DNA of 64,000 nucleotides, from positions 930,001 through 994,000 of the forward strand of contig JBBPEB010000003.1 in assembly GCA_039096225.1 (NCBI GenBank). Reading direction: 5' to 3'. The notes under the pieces are model-generated. The model ran no database searches, was not told where the DNA came from, and worked only from the letters and a program-made list of their open reading frames with translations. The DNA is from Blastocystis sp. Blastoise (Eukaryota > Protista > Bigyra: Opalinata). This document shows, piece after piece, positions 1 through 15,418 of the stretch. Positions within the stretch are counted from its first letter, which is position 1. Each line of letters starts with the position of its first letter. The translations under genes and the position numbers were made by a program.

Positions 1-413
1 GGTTCTTTGACTGAAGCGAATACTTTAAAAGAAATAGAAATAAAGTATACATACATTATGGTTAAAAATATGATATTCTCTATATATAGAAAACTGAAGG
101 ATACTATAGAGAAACAAAATAACGATTTGGAGCTTTATATAAAGAAATCATCAGTAAGAAGTATTCTATACTTTGATAATAATTGTTTGTATAGTCTGAA
201 CGTGAGGAATATGAAATTAAACGGTATGTTAGATATATATATATGTTTCTATTAAATCGTAGTGAATCCTTTGTTCAGAAAATAGATGAAATCAATGAAC
301 AATTAGTATTTTACTAAAATACTTGTTTTATTAGTATTTAGATGAATTACATAAAATACTATCAATCTACAAATTTAGGAAAAATGAACGAAAATTTAAA
401 AGGTATTTGATTC

Positions 414-464
<51 letters not shown>

Positions 465-1496
465 TAGAGCAGATTAATCAATATAAACATCAACTTGAAG
501 TTTATAAATCGGAAAATAAAGGTATATTCTCAATATTTTAATAATGAATATCCATCCTTTTATAGAGGGTAATACGCTTATAGACCAATATCAAGAGTTA
601 CAGGAGCAAATGAAAACTATTATTAAAGTATGTATATCAATATATCTTATACTAATGATGATGATTCTTTTTATTATATGATTATTCTAATATATATTTT
701 TGATATACTTATAGTCTTTCGATGGTTCTAATAATTATTTTTCTAATACTAATGATATTTCTGTTCTATAGGAAAAAGAGGATAGTCAAATGAAATATCA
801 AGTACTTCAACAAGATTACGATAAAGTATTCTATTACACTAAAATATATATAACTATAGATATGTAATGAACAAACATCACTCAAGAATTCTTTAGAATC
901 TGTAAAGAATACATCATTACAATCAGAGATCTCTTCTGATTCCAATAAGGATCATTCTAAAGAATTCCAACATATGAAATCAGATGAGAAGGAAGAACTG
1001 ACTCATTCTACTCTTTCAACTTCATCCTCTGTTTCAAATTCTAAAGAAGATTCGACTCAAACAACGTTGTCATCTATACATACCCTTGAAGATACTGTAT
1101 GCTATATTTATTACTTTTCATTGAATTTACTATATTCTAGGGAGAGCAAATAAAAGAAAAAGAGAATAATTTAAAAGAATATGAGTCATTAAAGGCTGAA
1201 TATACAACTTTATTAGAACAAAAAGAAGCTATGGAAAAAGAATTTATTTCTATTAATGAGTATTCTCTATATCCTATAATTTTATTTAATACACTGTCTT
1301 TTAACGAAATAAATAATATATATAGATATATAAGTCAATTAGAAGAACATTATCAACAGGCAACTAATTATATTGATACATTAGAAAAAATAATTGACAC
1401 CGTATTTATATATTAATCCATTCATAACAAATAATTAAAATTCGTTATACATAGTGTCAACAATGTTCAAAGGCCAAAGAATCGTTATTTTCTTAA
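1..1496 (+). CDS. 3' part of a multi-exon coiled-coil protein (5' end outside window)
   Basis: Short E/K/Q/L-rich exons separated by GT-AG introns, e.g. ...YISQLEEHYQQATNYIDTLEKIIDT | CQQCSKAKESLFS*. Stop TAA at 1494-1496. No family recognised. Confidence 0.6.
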
Positions 1497-1613
1497 TTGT
1501 ATCAAAATAAAATTCTTTTTTAATATCATTAACTACTATTACTCTTACTATTCTAAGTTATACTAACGATAAAAATATTTAAAATTGCATATTCTGTTTA
1601 CATAGAAACAATC

Positions 1614-1621
1614 TGTTTGTT
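1614..1621 (+). promoter_or_regulatory. TGTTTGTT downstream polyadenylation-associated element (Blastocystis-type)
   Basis: Exact motif ~118 nt 3' of the stop at 1496. The same motif lies 3' of two other genes. Confidence 0.45.
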
Positions 1622-1914
1622 GTATTGTTGAATTTTACTATTTATTTTTAATATCTGAATATTAATGATAAAGAATAATGATTCATTTATGAAAAACAAC
1701 TTTAATTAAAACATCTGTTAACTATATCGAAAATAAAGCAAAAAAACAAATTGTTTTGATGTTTCCCGAAAACTTTACATATTTATGGAGATTCTGTCAT
1801 TTTCCTCAGGATTATTTATAAACCAGTATAACGTACTAATGAAACTGTTTGTAGTTTTCCTATTTGAATAATTGTTTATTCTTGAATCCTTTTCTAATAC
1901 TTATTGCTTGATCC

Positions 1915-2889
1915 ATGGCTGAGTCTGAGAAGTTAATCAATCCTATTCTCAAACAATATAATATGAGAGAAATATTTGTAGATCTCTCTAAATTATATAG
2001 TCTTCTAAATCTCAAAGATGCTGAAAAGGGATTAGATAAAGAGTATGCTTTAGGTAAGCTTCAATCAGATGGTTCAAATATTGTGAGCAAACCATTGAAT
2101 ATTCCTTCTTGGTTATGTTGTTGCAAATGTCTTGAACAATATTCTCGAAGAATGACTAAATACAATGCTATGTTACCCACAAATTGTAAAGTACTTCGAA
2201 GTGGAGAAACCATGGTTATTGATTATGTTGATCTTGTTTGTGGTGATGTTGTATGTTTATTTTATTATATGCTTTATTGTATTATATATTATTATATTAT
2301 GTTTTATTATATATTATATTTTATTATATTTTATTATATATTATATTTTATTATATTATTGTTTTATTATATTATGTTTTATTATATTATTGTTTTATTA
2401 TATTATGTTTATTATATACTATACTATACTATACTATTATATATTTATTATAGGTATATATTCGTCCTGGTATGATTATTCCTGCTGATATTCGTGTTTT
2501 TGAATATAAAGGAAGCTTACAAGTATATATAATACATATAATACATATTAAATATATATATATATATATATAATTATAGGTTGATCGTTCCAGTTTATTA
2601 ACGGAATCACCTATACTTCAATGTACTGTAAATAAGTATATATATACATTTATTATTATTATAATATAATTACTTCATGAGTATAAATTGTATAAATATT
2701 ATATATATATATAGATCTAATGAAGATATTGAACATTTTGATCCTCAAGAAGTTTATTTACAACCTGATTTATTATTTATGGGCAGTAGAGTAATTACTG
2801 GAGAAGGAAAAGGAGTTGTTATTCGCACAGGAGATAATACACTTTGGGGTTGTATCTGTGCGTATGTTCGAAAAGAATGCTTCTTATAA
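1915..2889 (+). CDS. Truncated P-type ATPase-like protein (N-terminal + actuator domain only), ~211 aa
   Basis: Exons 1915-2250, 2454-2522, 2580-2635 and 2715-2889 splice in frame. Motifs are GLD..A..KL..DGSN, CKVLRSG, DLVCGDVVYIRPGMIIPADIRV, VDRSSLLTES and LLFMGSRVITGEGKGVVIRTGDNT, typical of type II P-ATPase A domains. No TM helices and no DKTGT before the stop. Confidence 0.8.
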
Positions 2890-3088
2890 ACAAGTTATTC
2901 TTATTATAAAAATAATTATTATTCTTTTTTCATAAAATGTTTCTATTATTTCTTTTTAAGCCTACTTATTATTTAGTTTATTCACATGTATTATTTTAAT
3001 ATTATATTATACATCAAAAAAACAAAACAAAAAAAAAAACAAATAAATCAATATACAGAATTATGAGTATCAATATTTAAATTGATAT

Positions 3089-4918
3089 TTAATTTTTAAT
3101 GGGCATATCAAGAACATGAACGTCATCAAAGGAAATAGTACGATCTTCAGGAGCTTTTTCCATTTCAAAAACGATAACTTCATTAAGACCCTTAGTAATG
3201 AAAGAACGAGGAGTATAAAGAGTAAGTTGAGGTCCAACAGTCCAATATCTACCAATATTATTACCATTAATATAAGTAACACCCTTAGTCCAACCAGTAG
3301 GATTAAAGAAAGTATCAGCAACAACATCATTAGAATCGAAAGTACTAACATAAAAACGAGGACCAGTAGTTTCCTTAGATTCAGCAAAAGCAAGTTCCTT
3401 AACATCTTCATATCTTAAAGTAAGTTTATGATGAATCCAGTTGAAAACTTGTTTACCATCAATATAAACTCCACCAAGAATACCCTTAGGATCAGTCATA
3501 GAACCACCATAATTTAATCTACCTTGATTTTCAACAAGAATATAAAGAGTTTCACCTTCCTTTCCACTAACTTTAACAGATTCATTAGGCTTAGAACGAG
3601 TAAGAATACCTTGAAGTTCATGACCAACATAAATATGAGCTCTATCACGAAGAGTCTTAATAGTAAGACTACCAGATGAAGGAAGAACAGTTTCATATAA
3701 AACATAACCATAATCAACATCGAGAGTTTCGAAACTTAAAGTATTTTCACTCTTAGTAGGTTCTTTATCAAGAACTTCAAGAGCATCCCAAAGAGAAATA
3801 GATTCACTAAATTCAACTTTACCATAAGCAACCTTTGTAGTATTAGCAACAGGATAATCACTATGAGGGAATTTAGATCTTAAATATTCAGCAATTCTTT
3901 GATATTTATAAGTCATATCACCAGCTTCAGAAAGAGGAGCATCATAATCATAAGAAGTAGGATCAGGAGTATAAGAATCACCACCACCATTAGCACCATT
4001 AAGGAAACCAAAGTTAGTACCACCAATAAATACATAAAAGTTAACAGTAGCATTCATATTAACCATTTGATCTAAAGTTCTAATGATATTATCAGTAGAA
4101 GTCTTTTGATGAGGTTCATTCCAATGATCTAACCAACCAGGATAATATTCAGAGTTATAATTAGGACCAGTCTTTTGATACTTTCTTTGAAGAGCAAAAG
4201 GAGCAGCAGCATCACCAGGACCAAAATCAACAGCAGTATATACTTCATCAATAGTACCACAAGTTACCATACCATCAGAAGGACCATCAGTAGTAAAAGG
4301 AACCCAAGAATCAAAAGCAGGTCCAAAATATTCTTCAGATTTCTTAAGAAGATGACGAACATATTCATGATCACAAACAGGATAAGAACCATATTCATTT
4401 TCAACTTGAGAAAGAAGAATAGAACCACCATTTACATAAAGATGCTTATTAAGAATAGGTAAAAGAACATCAAACCATTCATCAACATGCTTTACATATT
4501 TAGGATCAGAAGAACGAAGTTTAATACCTTCTTCCTTTAAAAGCCAATAGGGGAAACCACCAAATTCCCATTCACCACAAATATAAGGACCAGGTCTAGC
4601 AATAGCAGTTAAATTATATTTCTCAATAAGAGTAAAGAAACGATCAATATCTAACATTCCTTCAAAATGGAATTCTCCCTTCTTAGGTTCATGAAGGTTC
4701 CAAGAGAAATAAGTTTGAATAGTATTAAAACCAGCATTAGCGACCTTCTTAATAATATCTTCCCAATAATCAGGTTGAATACGGAAATAATGGACAGAAG
4801 CAGAAATAATTTGATAAGGTTCACCATCCTTTAACCAGGCAGTTTCACCTATCTTGAAAGTACGTTCAGCAGAAGCAAGAACAATGAAAGCAAATAAACA
4901 TAAGTAAGTAAACTTCAT
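3089..4918 (-). CDS. Secreted GH35 beta-galactosidase, intronless (~609 aa)
   Basis: Signal peptide MKFTYLCLFAFIVLASA starting at ATG 4918. GH35 motifs HYFR, WNLHEP, RPGPYICGEW, QVENEYGSY (acid/base Glu), SEYYPGWLDHW (nucleophile), TSYDYDAPL, LVENQGRLN and GRYW.GPQLTLY. Confidence 0.95.
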   Translation of the reverse strand: MKFTYLCLFAFIVLASAERTFKIGETAWLKDGEPYQIISASVHYFRIQPDYWEDIIKKVANAGFNTIQTYFSWNLHEPKKGEFHFEGMLDIDRFFTLIEKYNLTAIARPGPYICGEWEFGGFPYWLLKEEGIKLRSSDPKYVKHVDEWFDVLLPILNKHLYVNGGSILLSQVENEYGSYPVCDHEYVRHLLKKSEEYFGPAFDSWVPFTTDGPSDGMVTCGTIDEVYTAVDFGPGDAAAPFALQRKYQKTGPNYNSEYYPGWLDHWNEPHQKTSTDNIIRTLDQMVNMNATVNFYVFIGGTNFGFLNGANGGGDSYTPDPTSYDYDAPLSEAGDMTYKYQRIAEYLRSKFPHSDYPVANTTKVAYGKVEFSESISLWDALEVLDKEPTKSENTLSFETLDVDYGYVLYETVLPSSGSLTIKTLRDRAHIYVGHELQGILTRSKPNESVKVSGKEGETLYILVENQGRLNYGGSMTDPKGILGGVYIDGKQVFNWIHHKLTLRYEDVKELAFAESKETTGPRFYVSTFDSNDVVADTFFNPTGWTKGVTYINGNNIGRYWTVGPQLTLYTPRSFITKGLNEVIVFEMEKAPEDRTISFDDVHVLDMPIKN

Positions 4919-5683
4919 GTTTTGTTTTCTATTTATCAAACAACACAAATAAAAAAAATATGATTTCTGTGGATCTTTTTCTTTTTTCTTGACCAAAAAA
5001 ACATAACAAATTTTCTGGAACAACAATGTTTTTTGATAACCTATTCACCAATTAAATCAATCCTTTTTTCTCGACAAGGTCTTTCGATATGACAATAGAA
5101 GTGTCATTATTGAAATAACTATTCATTATCATTCATTTGTTACGACTCTTTCTTGTTTTTCTTTGTGTTTTCGATTTTTTGCATTTGTGGTTTTCGTGTA
5201 TTTTATATTCGTTATCATAAAATGTATATTGTTTTTATTTTGTGTTTCATTATTTTTATGGTTTTGATTATATTTTTATTATTTATTTTGGATATGCTTC
5301 TATATAGTATTATATTAAAGGTATTTGAAGAACTACTTGAATAAAAAGAGAACAATTAGCATTTTTTTTTTGCTTTGAAATTACTCTTTTTCATTTATGA
5401 TACTAAAGATAAAATAAAGAAATAATATAAATAACTCAATCAAACTAGAATAATTAACATAAAAAAGCTATTCAAATAATAAAAAAGAAAAAGTAATACT
5501 ATTACTTAGAAACTAAATACAAATAAAAATAAACTATATAAATAACCATTTAAAATAAAACAAATGATGTTATATACATTCATTTGCATGTATGAGTATT
5601 TAAAAGAAAAAAAAAGTGTAATAGTATTCATTAGAAAAAGAAAATAAAAAAGGTTTGACAAAAACAGTATTCTAGAACACTAT

Positions 5684-9370
<3,687 letters not shown>

Positions 9371-9753
9371 GGATTTAAATTATTCTTCAGATCCCAAATT
9401 CTTTAGTAATTTTATAAATAAACTATCCAATCAATAAAAATCTCTTCTTATACCAATCTTCAAACTTATCTTGAAGGTGAATTTCACAAAATAAAAAACA
9501 ATTAAAACAGTTTTCCATTTTTGTTTTTATTTATGATTATTCTCATTTTAAAATTATTTCGTTTTTCACGATTATTCTAAAAAATATAGTTGTTTTTTTC
9601 ATTTGTGTTCAGATTCTTCGTCTGTTTCCAATACTTTTCTCCTAAAACAACAAAAAGGGAACTGTTTTTATTCTTTCTTCTTTCTACTTTTTTTGTTATA
9701 TTTATTTTTATATATTCTGTTTATCTACTTGATATTCATATATATTCTTTATA

Positions 9754-11363
9754 ATGCTCGCTCTTAAATCATCCTTCCAATTTATTCCCAAGACTTTTGT
9801 AAGATCTTTTGCAGCTCACTCGACAGACAAACATATTATGACTGTACGTGATGCTTTAAATATGGCTCTTGATGAAGAAATGGCCAGAGATCCTAAAGTT
9901 TTAATCTTAGGTGAAGAAGTTGGTAAATATCGTGGTGCTTATAAAGTTACACAAGATCTTATTTCGAAATATGGTGCAAATAGAGTTATTGATACTCCTA
10001 TTACTGAATATGGATTCACAGGAATTGGTGTTGGTGCTTCACAAAAGGGTTTACGTCCTATTGTTGAATTCATGACTTGGAATTTTGCTATGCAAGCTTG
10101 CGATCATATCATCAATTCTGCTGCTAAAACATATTATATGTCTGGAGGTAAAATTAATTGTCCTATTGTATTCCGTGGACCTAATGGCCCTGCTGCAGCT
10201 GTTTCTGCTCAACATTCTCAATGCTATGCTTCTTGGTACGCTCATGTTCCTGGACTTAAAGTCCTTGCTCCTTATTCTTCTGAAGATGCTAAAGGACTTC
10301 TTAAAGTATATACTTACTATTATGTTTTATTATTATTATTAATTATATGTTATTCTTTATGTTTATATTTATTGATTGATTGATTTATTTATTTATGTGT
10401 TTGTCTATATATATTTGATTATATGTATATATATATAGGCTGCTATTCGTGATGATAATCCCGTGGTATTTTTAGAGCACGAGCTTCTGTACGGTGAGTC
10501 CTTCTCTATGAGTGACGAGGCTCTTAAGGAAGACTTTATTATACCTATTGGGAAGAGCAAGATTGAGAAGGAAGGTGGTGCTATAGAGTTATTTATTATT
10601 ATATTTATTATTATATTTATTTATTATTATATTTATTATTATTCTATTTATTATTCTATTTATTATTATTTTATTTAATATATATATATATAAAGGTGGT
10701 GATGTTTCTTTAATATCTTTCAGTAAGGGCGTTGAAATCTCGCTGAAGGCTGCTGAAGAACTTGAAAAAGAAGGAATTCATGCTGAAGTGATTAATCTTC
10801 GTTCTCTTCGTCCCTTAGATACCGAGTCTATTGTGAAGTCAATTAAGAAGACCCACCATCTTATCACTGTAGAGGAGGGGTGGCCATATGCCGGCATCGG
10901 ATCCGAAATATGTGCACAAATCATGGAAAGTATATATATATATATATAACTATATATATATATAATTTTATATCTATCTCTATATATATACTATCTCTAT
11001 CTCTATATATATACTATCTTATATATATCTTATATCTATATCTCTATATATATCTCTATATATCTCTATATATTTACTATCTCTATCTCTATATATATAC
11101 TATCTTATATATATCTTATATCTATATCTCTATATATATATATATCTCTTTATATCTCTTTATATCTCTTTATCTATCTATATATACAATATATCTCTCT
11201 CTATATAGCTGAAGCTTTTGATTATATGGATGCCCCTGTTCAGCGTATATGTGGTGTAGATGTTCCTATGCCTTATGCTCAAAATCTAGAAACTGCAGCT
11301 CTTCCTCAACCTATTAATGTTATTAATGCTGTACATAAAAGTCTTTATAGAAACAAAAATTAA
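9754..11363 (+). CDS. PDHB: Pyruvate dehydrogenase E1 beta subunit, mitochondrial
   Basis: Exons 9754-10305, 10439-10574, 10696-10929 and 11209-11363. N-terminal presequence. Motifs [51 protein letters not shown] and DVPMPYA. Confidence 0.97.
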
Positions 11364-11680
11364 TCTTGCTGCTTATTTTAATTATTAGTCTCTTTATATA
11401 TATATAAATTTTTATATTCAATATTCAATTATTTATTATTCAGTATTTTTCACTATTTTTCTTATATTAACAACACTACTGTTTATTATGTATTTTTTTA
11501 TTCTCTCCTATTATAGTACCACAAAGTAAACGCTTATTACTGTTCACTTATTCAACTTTTATAAACAAAATTATATATTGCTCGATAAATAAAAACACAA
11601 CAAAAATATTTATATTAAAAACACTCAATTCATATATATATGTATAATAATATTTATTATTATTTCAAAATATTGAATAA

Positions 11681-12187
11681 TCATGTATTATGACCAACCA
11701 TGCTCTGTATCTAATATAAATGATAAACAAATATATACATGATCTTTATATATATATATATACAATTAATGAGGTTTCTGGATTCATAAGCAATGATTTC
11801 CATTTTGTTAATATATATATATCCATTTTCTTCTGTGTATATATTTAGTTATAAGGTTTTATATGTTAAAAAGATAAATAGTTATATATACATACAATTG
11901 CTATATCTGTATTTGATGAATACTATATAATAAATATATGTATAATAACAATATATTAACATACGATTTGCTTTGATATATTTCCAAGTTCTTTTTCTAG
12001 TCTATATATATATATATATATAAGAATAATAAATACTGGTTAATATCAATATAAATTTGTTTATGTTTATATTTCATCCATATAATTAGGGCTTGAATTG
12101 ATCTTTGATTTTGAGTTGTAAATATAGATAAACATAAGTTGTAGAGGGGTATATAACTATCTATATAGATAATAATATATGATATAT

Positions 12188-12240
<53 letters not shown>

Positions 12241-12339
12241 CTATAGGTAACAAGAAGTTGACGAAGTTGATTTTCAGCTTCTTTTTGTCTTTTCAGCAGG
12301 ATTAAGCAAGTACATCGATTGATTTCTATTTGTAAATCT

Positions 12340-12375
<36 letters not shown>

Positions 12376-13128
12376 TATATATATATATGAGTATATATAT
12401 ATGACTATGAATATACTGTGTTTATATACTTTAAATAACTGTATATAATTTTCAGTTAGTTGTACACATTCATCATATTGATGGAGAATAAACAAATAAT
12501 CTATTCGCATTTTATATAATAATATAGAATGCATTAAAGTAAATATAAAAATGACATAATAACAATAATAATAATAAAAAACATAACAATAAGTATAATA
12601 ATACTAAATAATAATAAAAAGAACACTGATAATAATACAAATAATTACTTATATAACGTTTCATCTTTAATAGAAGAGAGAGGGTGACTCTTATAAAATA
12701 TATCTATATCTTTATAATAATGAAGCTTCAAACATATATATATGTAGTATATATATATTGTATTATCTACTATAATGCCATTATTTATAATAGAAGAAGT
12801 ATCTGAATTTATTAATTCTTTTATATATTTATATGCTTTTTCATAATGGTTATTACGTAGTTGACAACGTATTAGTTGTAGATATATAGAGGAAACAGAG
12901 AGAATAAACTTGGGATTTGATGAACATATAGGTAATACTGATGATGAGAATAAAGAAGAAGAAGAAGAAGAAAGAAGGGAAAAATAAAAAAATGTGTTAA
13001 AAAGAAAAGGCGAAGATTGATTTAATTGAGTATATAAAAGTGACAAATAATATTCCTCTGAAATATAACTAAATATAATAATACAAATATAAGTTTATAT
13101 ACAATAATGAATATAAATATAAATATAA

Positions 13129-13216
<88 letters not shown>

Positions 13217-14516
13217 TCTTTTTGTAGATAATATAATAAGGCAATATTATATAAAGAGCATAAAAACACCAAAGAAGGTGATTTCGAAGGTGAAAGAGAT
13301 AAAATGAGATATTCAATTGATTTATGTATATTCATCTAATTATATATAGACATAATAATAATAAATATATAATAATAATAAATATATAATAATAATAAAT
13401 ATAATAATATATATATATACTTGTTGATATGTGATATATGCTGAGATAGAAGGATATGTTTGTGAAAATGATAGAGATACAGTAGACATAGAAATAGAAG
13501 TTTCAAGAAGATATATATATATAGAAAAAGAAGAAGATCTCTTTATACCAATTTGTATCCATTCTATTGATTTCTCACGGTTATTTAGATGTATATAAGA
13601 AACAATAATAAAATGAAGAAGAGAAAGAGAAATAGGATGTGATTGTATATATGAACAATTATATAGAGATGAAAAAAGAGATAGACAGTTAGGTAATGTT
13701 TCTTGTGTTATTTGCATATATACTAAATATACCAATGGAAATAATATATATGTGAAAAGTGGAGACTTTATATATATAGTAAGTAACTGTATATATATAG
13801 AATCAGGAATATATATATATGAAGAATATGAAGTATAGGGTATAGAAAGGGAGAGAAACATTAATGTATGAAGAAATTGTATATATAAAGAAGATGCTAA
13901 TTGTATCTATAGATATTATATATATATATAATATGACTATTAATATTATTATTGTTCATTATGATTATAGTATATATATATATAAATATATATATTATGG
14001 CTTATTATATATAATTAGTATATACATTTTCTGTTAATAAAGAAAGATATAGAGTAGTATACTGAATAACTGAGTATTCTTCTAATATCGATAAGGATGG
14101 ATTTATAATAATATCTATATATATATATAATGTATGAAATAGAATGATATATAAAATAATATACTCATATATTTCTGATATAAATTTAAAAATAACTCAT
14201 ATTCATGTTTTACACATATTGAATTCATTTCTTGATAATATTGAAGACATAGACATAACTTTATATTCATTTGTATTAAAATCTGATGTTTCATATCATC
14301 TAAAATTATTTTAGTCAGGCATATATATATATTTAAAATATAAAAAGAAAAAACCTACAGGAAGCTAGCTCTTTGGATTGTAATATCTAAAACAATATAA
14401 CAATATTAGAATATGTATCTTTAGCATTATCTCTGAAGAAAATATGAACATACTTGAAGACAATCTGAAAAATGTCCTTTTTTAAAAGATGAATCAATAG
14501 ATTCTGACTTTTCCAT
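11681..14516 (-). CDS. Hypothetical multi-exon helical-repeat (TPR-like) protein; ends approximate
   Basis: ATG at 14516 (MEKSESIDSSFKKGHFSDCLQ). Exon fragments such as SLYNIALLYYLQKE, NNHYEKAYKYIKELI and LHQYDECVQLTENYI lie between GT-AG introns. The frame of the final exon is unresolved. Confidence 0.5.
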
Positions 14517-14816
14517 ATTTCTATATATATTCACAAAATTCAAAATATGATAATAACAATTATAATAATGCTAGAGTAAAATGAAAACGAGTGATAAAAA
14601 CAAGAACTTAGGTATTATCTAAGATTATATCATATACTACAATAAATAAATAATGTCTTTTATATGAAAAAATTGCAAATAGATGAGAAATATAATACTT
14701 AAACAAAAAGCAGTGGCAAAAAAACCTGGCTACAATTTTGATTTTTCCGTGATTCGTTCGGTAATTATTAGCCTAGAAATAAGAGAAAGAATGGTTATTT
14801 GTTTTTATTCTTAAAC

Positions 14817-15346
14817 ATGGGAAAGACAGAAGGTAGAAGACCAGCTGCATTAGGAAAGCACATGAGACAAGTTATGATGCCTCCAAAGGCTTCAACAATC
14901 AATAAAAAAGGTTCATTACCTCCTCCAAAAGCATCACTCTCAGAGAAAGTGAAGAATTTGCCTTTTATGGTGAAGAGATCTGATGAACAAAAAAAGATTG
15001 ATGAAGAGAATGTTTTAAAGCAGAAGATGGAGTCAACACGTTGGTACTATTATAAAATAGATAATGATGATTCTAAAAAATTAAGTACTCCTGTACCAGA
15101 AAAAATATATAGATATCAATTCAAAAATTTCAACAATGTATTAGAACGTTTATTAACAGAAAGAGAACAATTTCAAAAAGGTCAATATAAAGAAGAAGAT
15201 ATTTTAGCTGAAATGAAAGGTGGAAGTGTTTTAAAAAGGTATATTATATATATAAATAATATTGAATATTATTTAATATTCTTTAAAATCATAGATATAA
15301 GACATTAGAAGGAGCTAAAAGAGCAGCAAAGAATAAACAACATTAA
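14817..15346 (+). CDS. M-phase phosphoprotein 6 (MPP6)-like exosome cofactor
   Basis: Exons 14817-15238 and 15295-15346. Small basic protein with LSEKVKNLPFMVKR, a central Trp, RYQFKNFNNVLERL and RYKTL, matching MPP6 blocks (LS..L..M.FM.R; R.SF..FN..VE.L; RY.TL). Confidence 0.6.
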
Positions 15347-15410
15347 ATGTTTTTTTAAAAATGAAAAGAGTATTAATTTGTTTTATGTGTAGTTTATATA
15401 TTAAGTAGTA

Positions 15411-15418
15411 TGTTTGTT
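15411..15418 (+). promoter_or_regulatory. TGTTTGTT downstream polyadenylation-associated element
   Basis: Exact motif ~65 nt after the MPP6-like stop. Confidence 0.5.

Noticed and set aside
2165-2488. Hydrophobic Y/I/L-rich ORFs here and at 8068-8537, 10880-11212, 13069-13335, 52315-52536 and similar sites
   Set aside because: They are translations of intronic (TA)n/(TTA)n microsatellites, not proteins.
3070-4462. Overlapping and antisense ORFs within the GH35 gene (also within PDHB and the surface protein)
   Set aside because: Shadow frames caused by the strong T-ending codon bias of the real genes.
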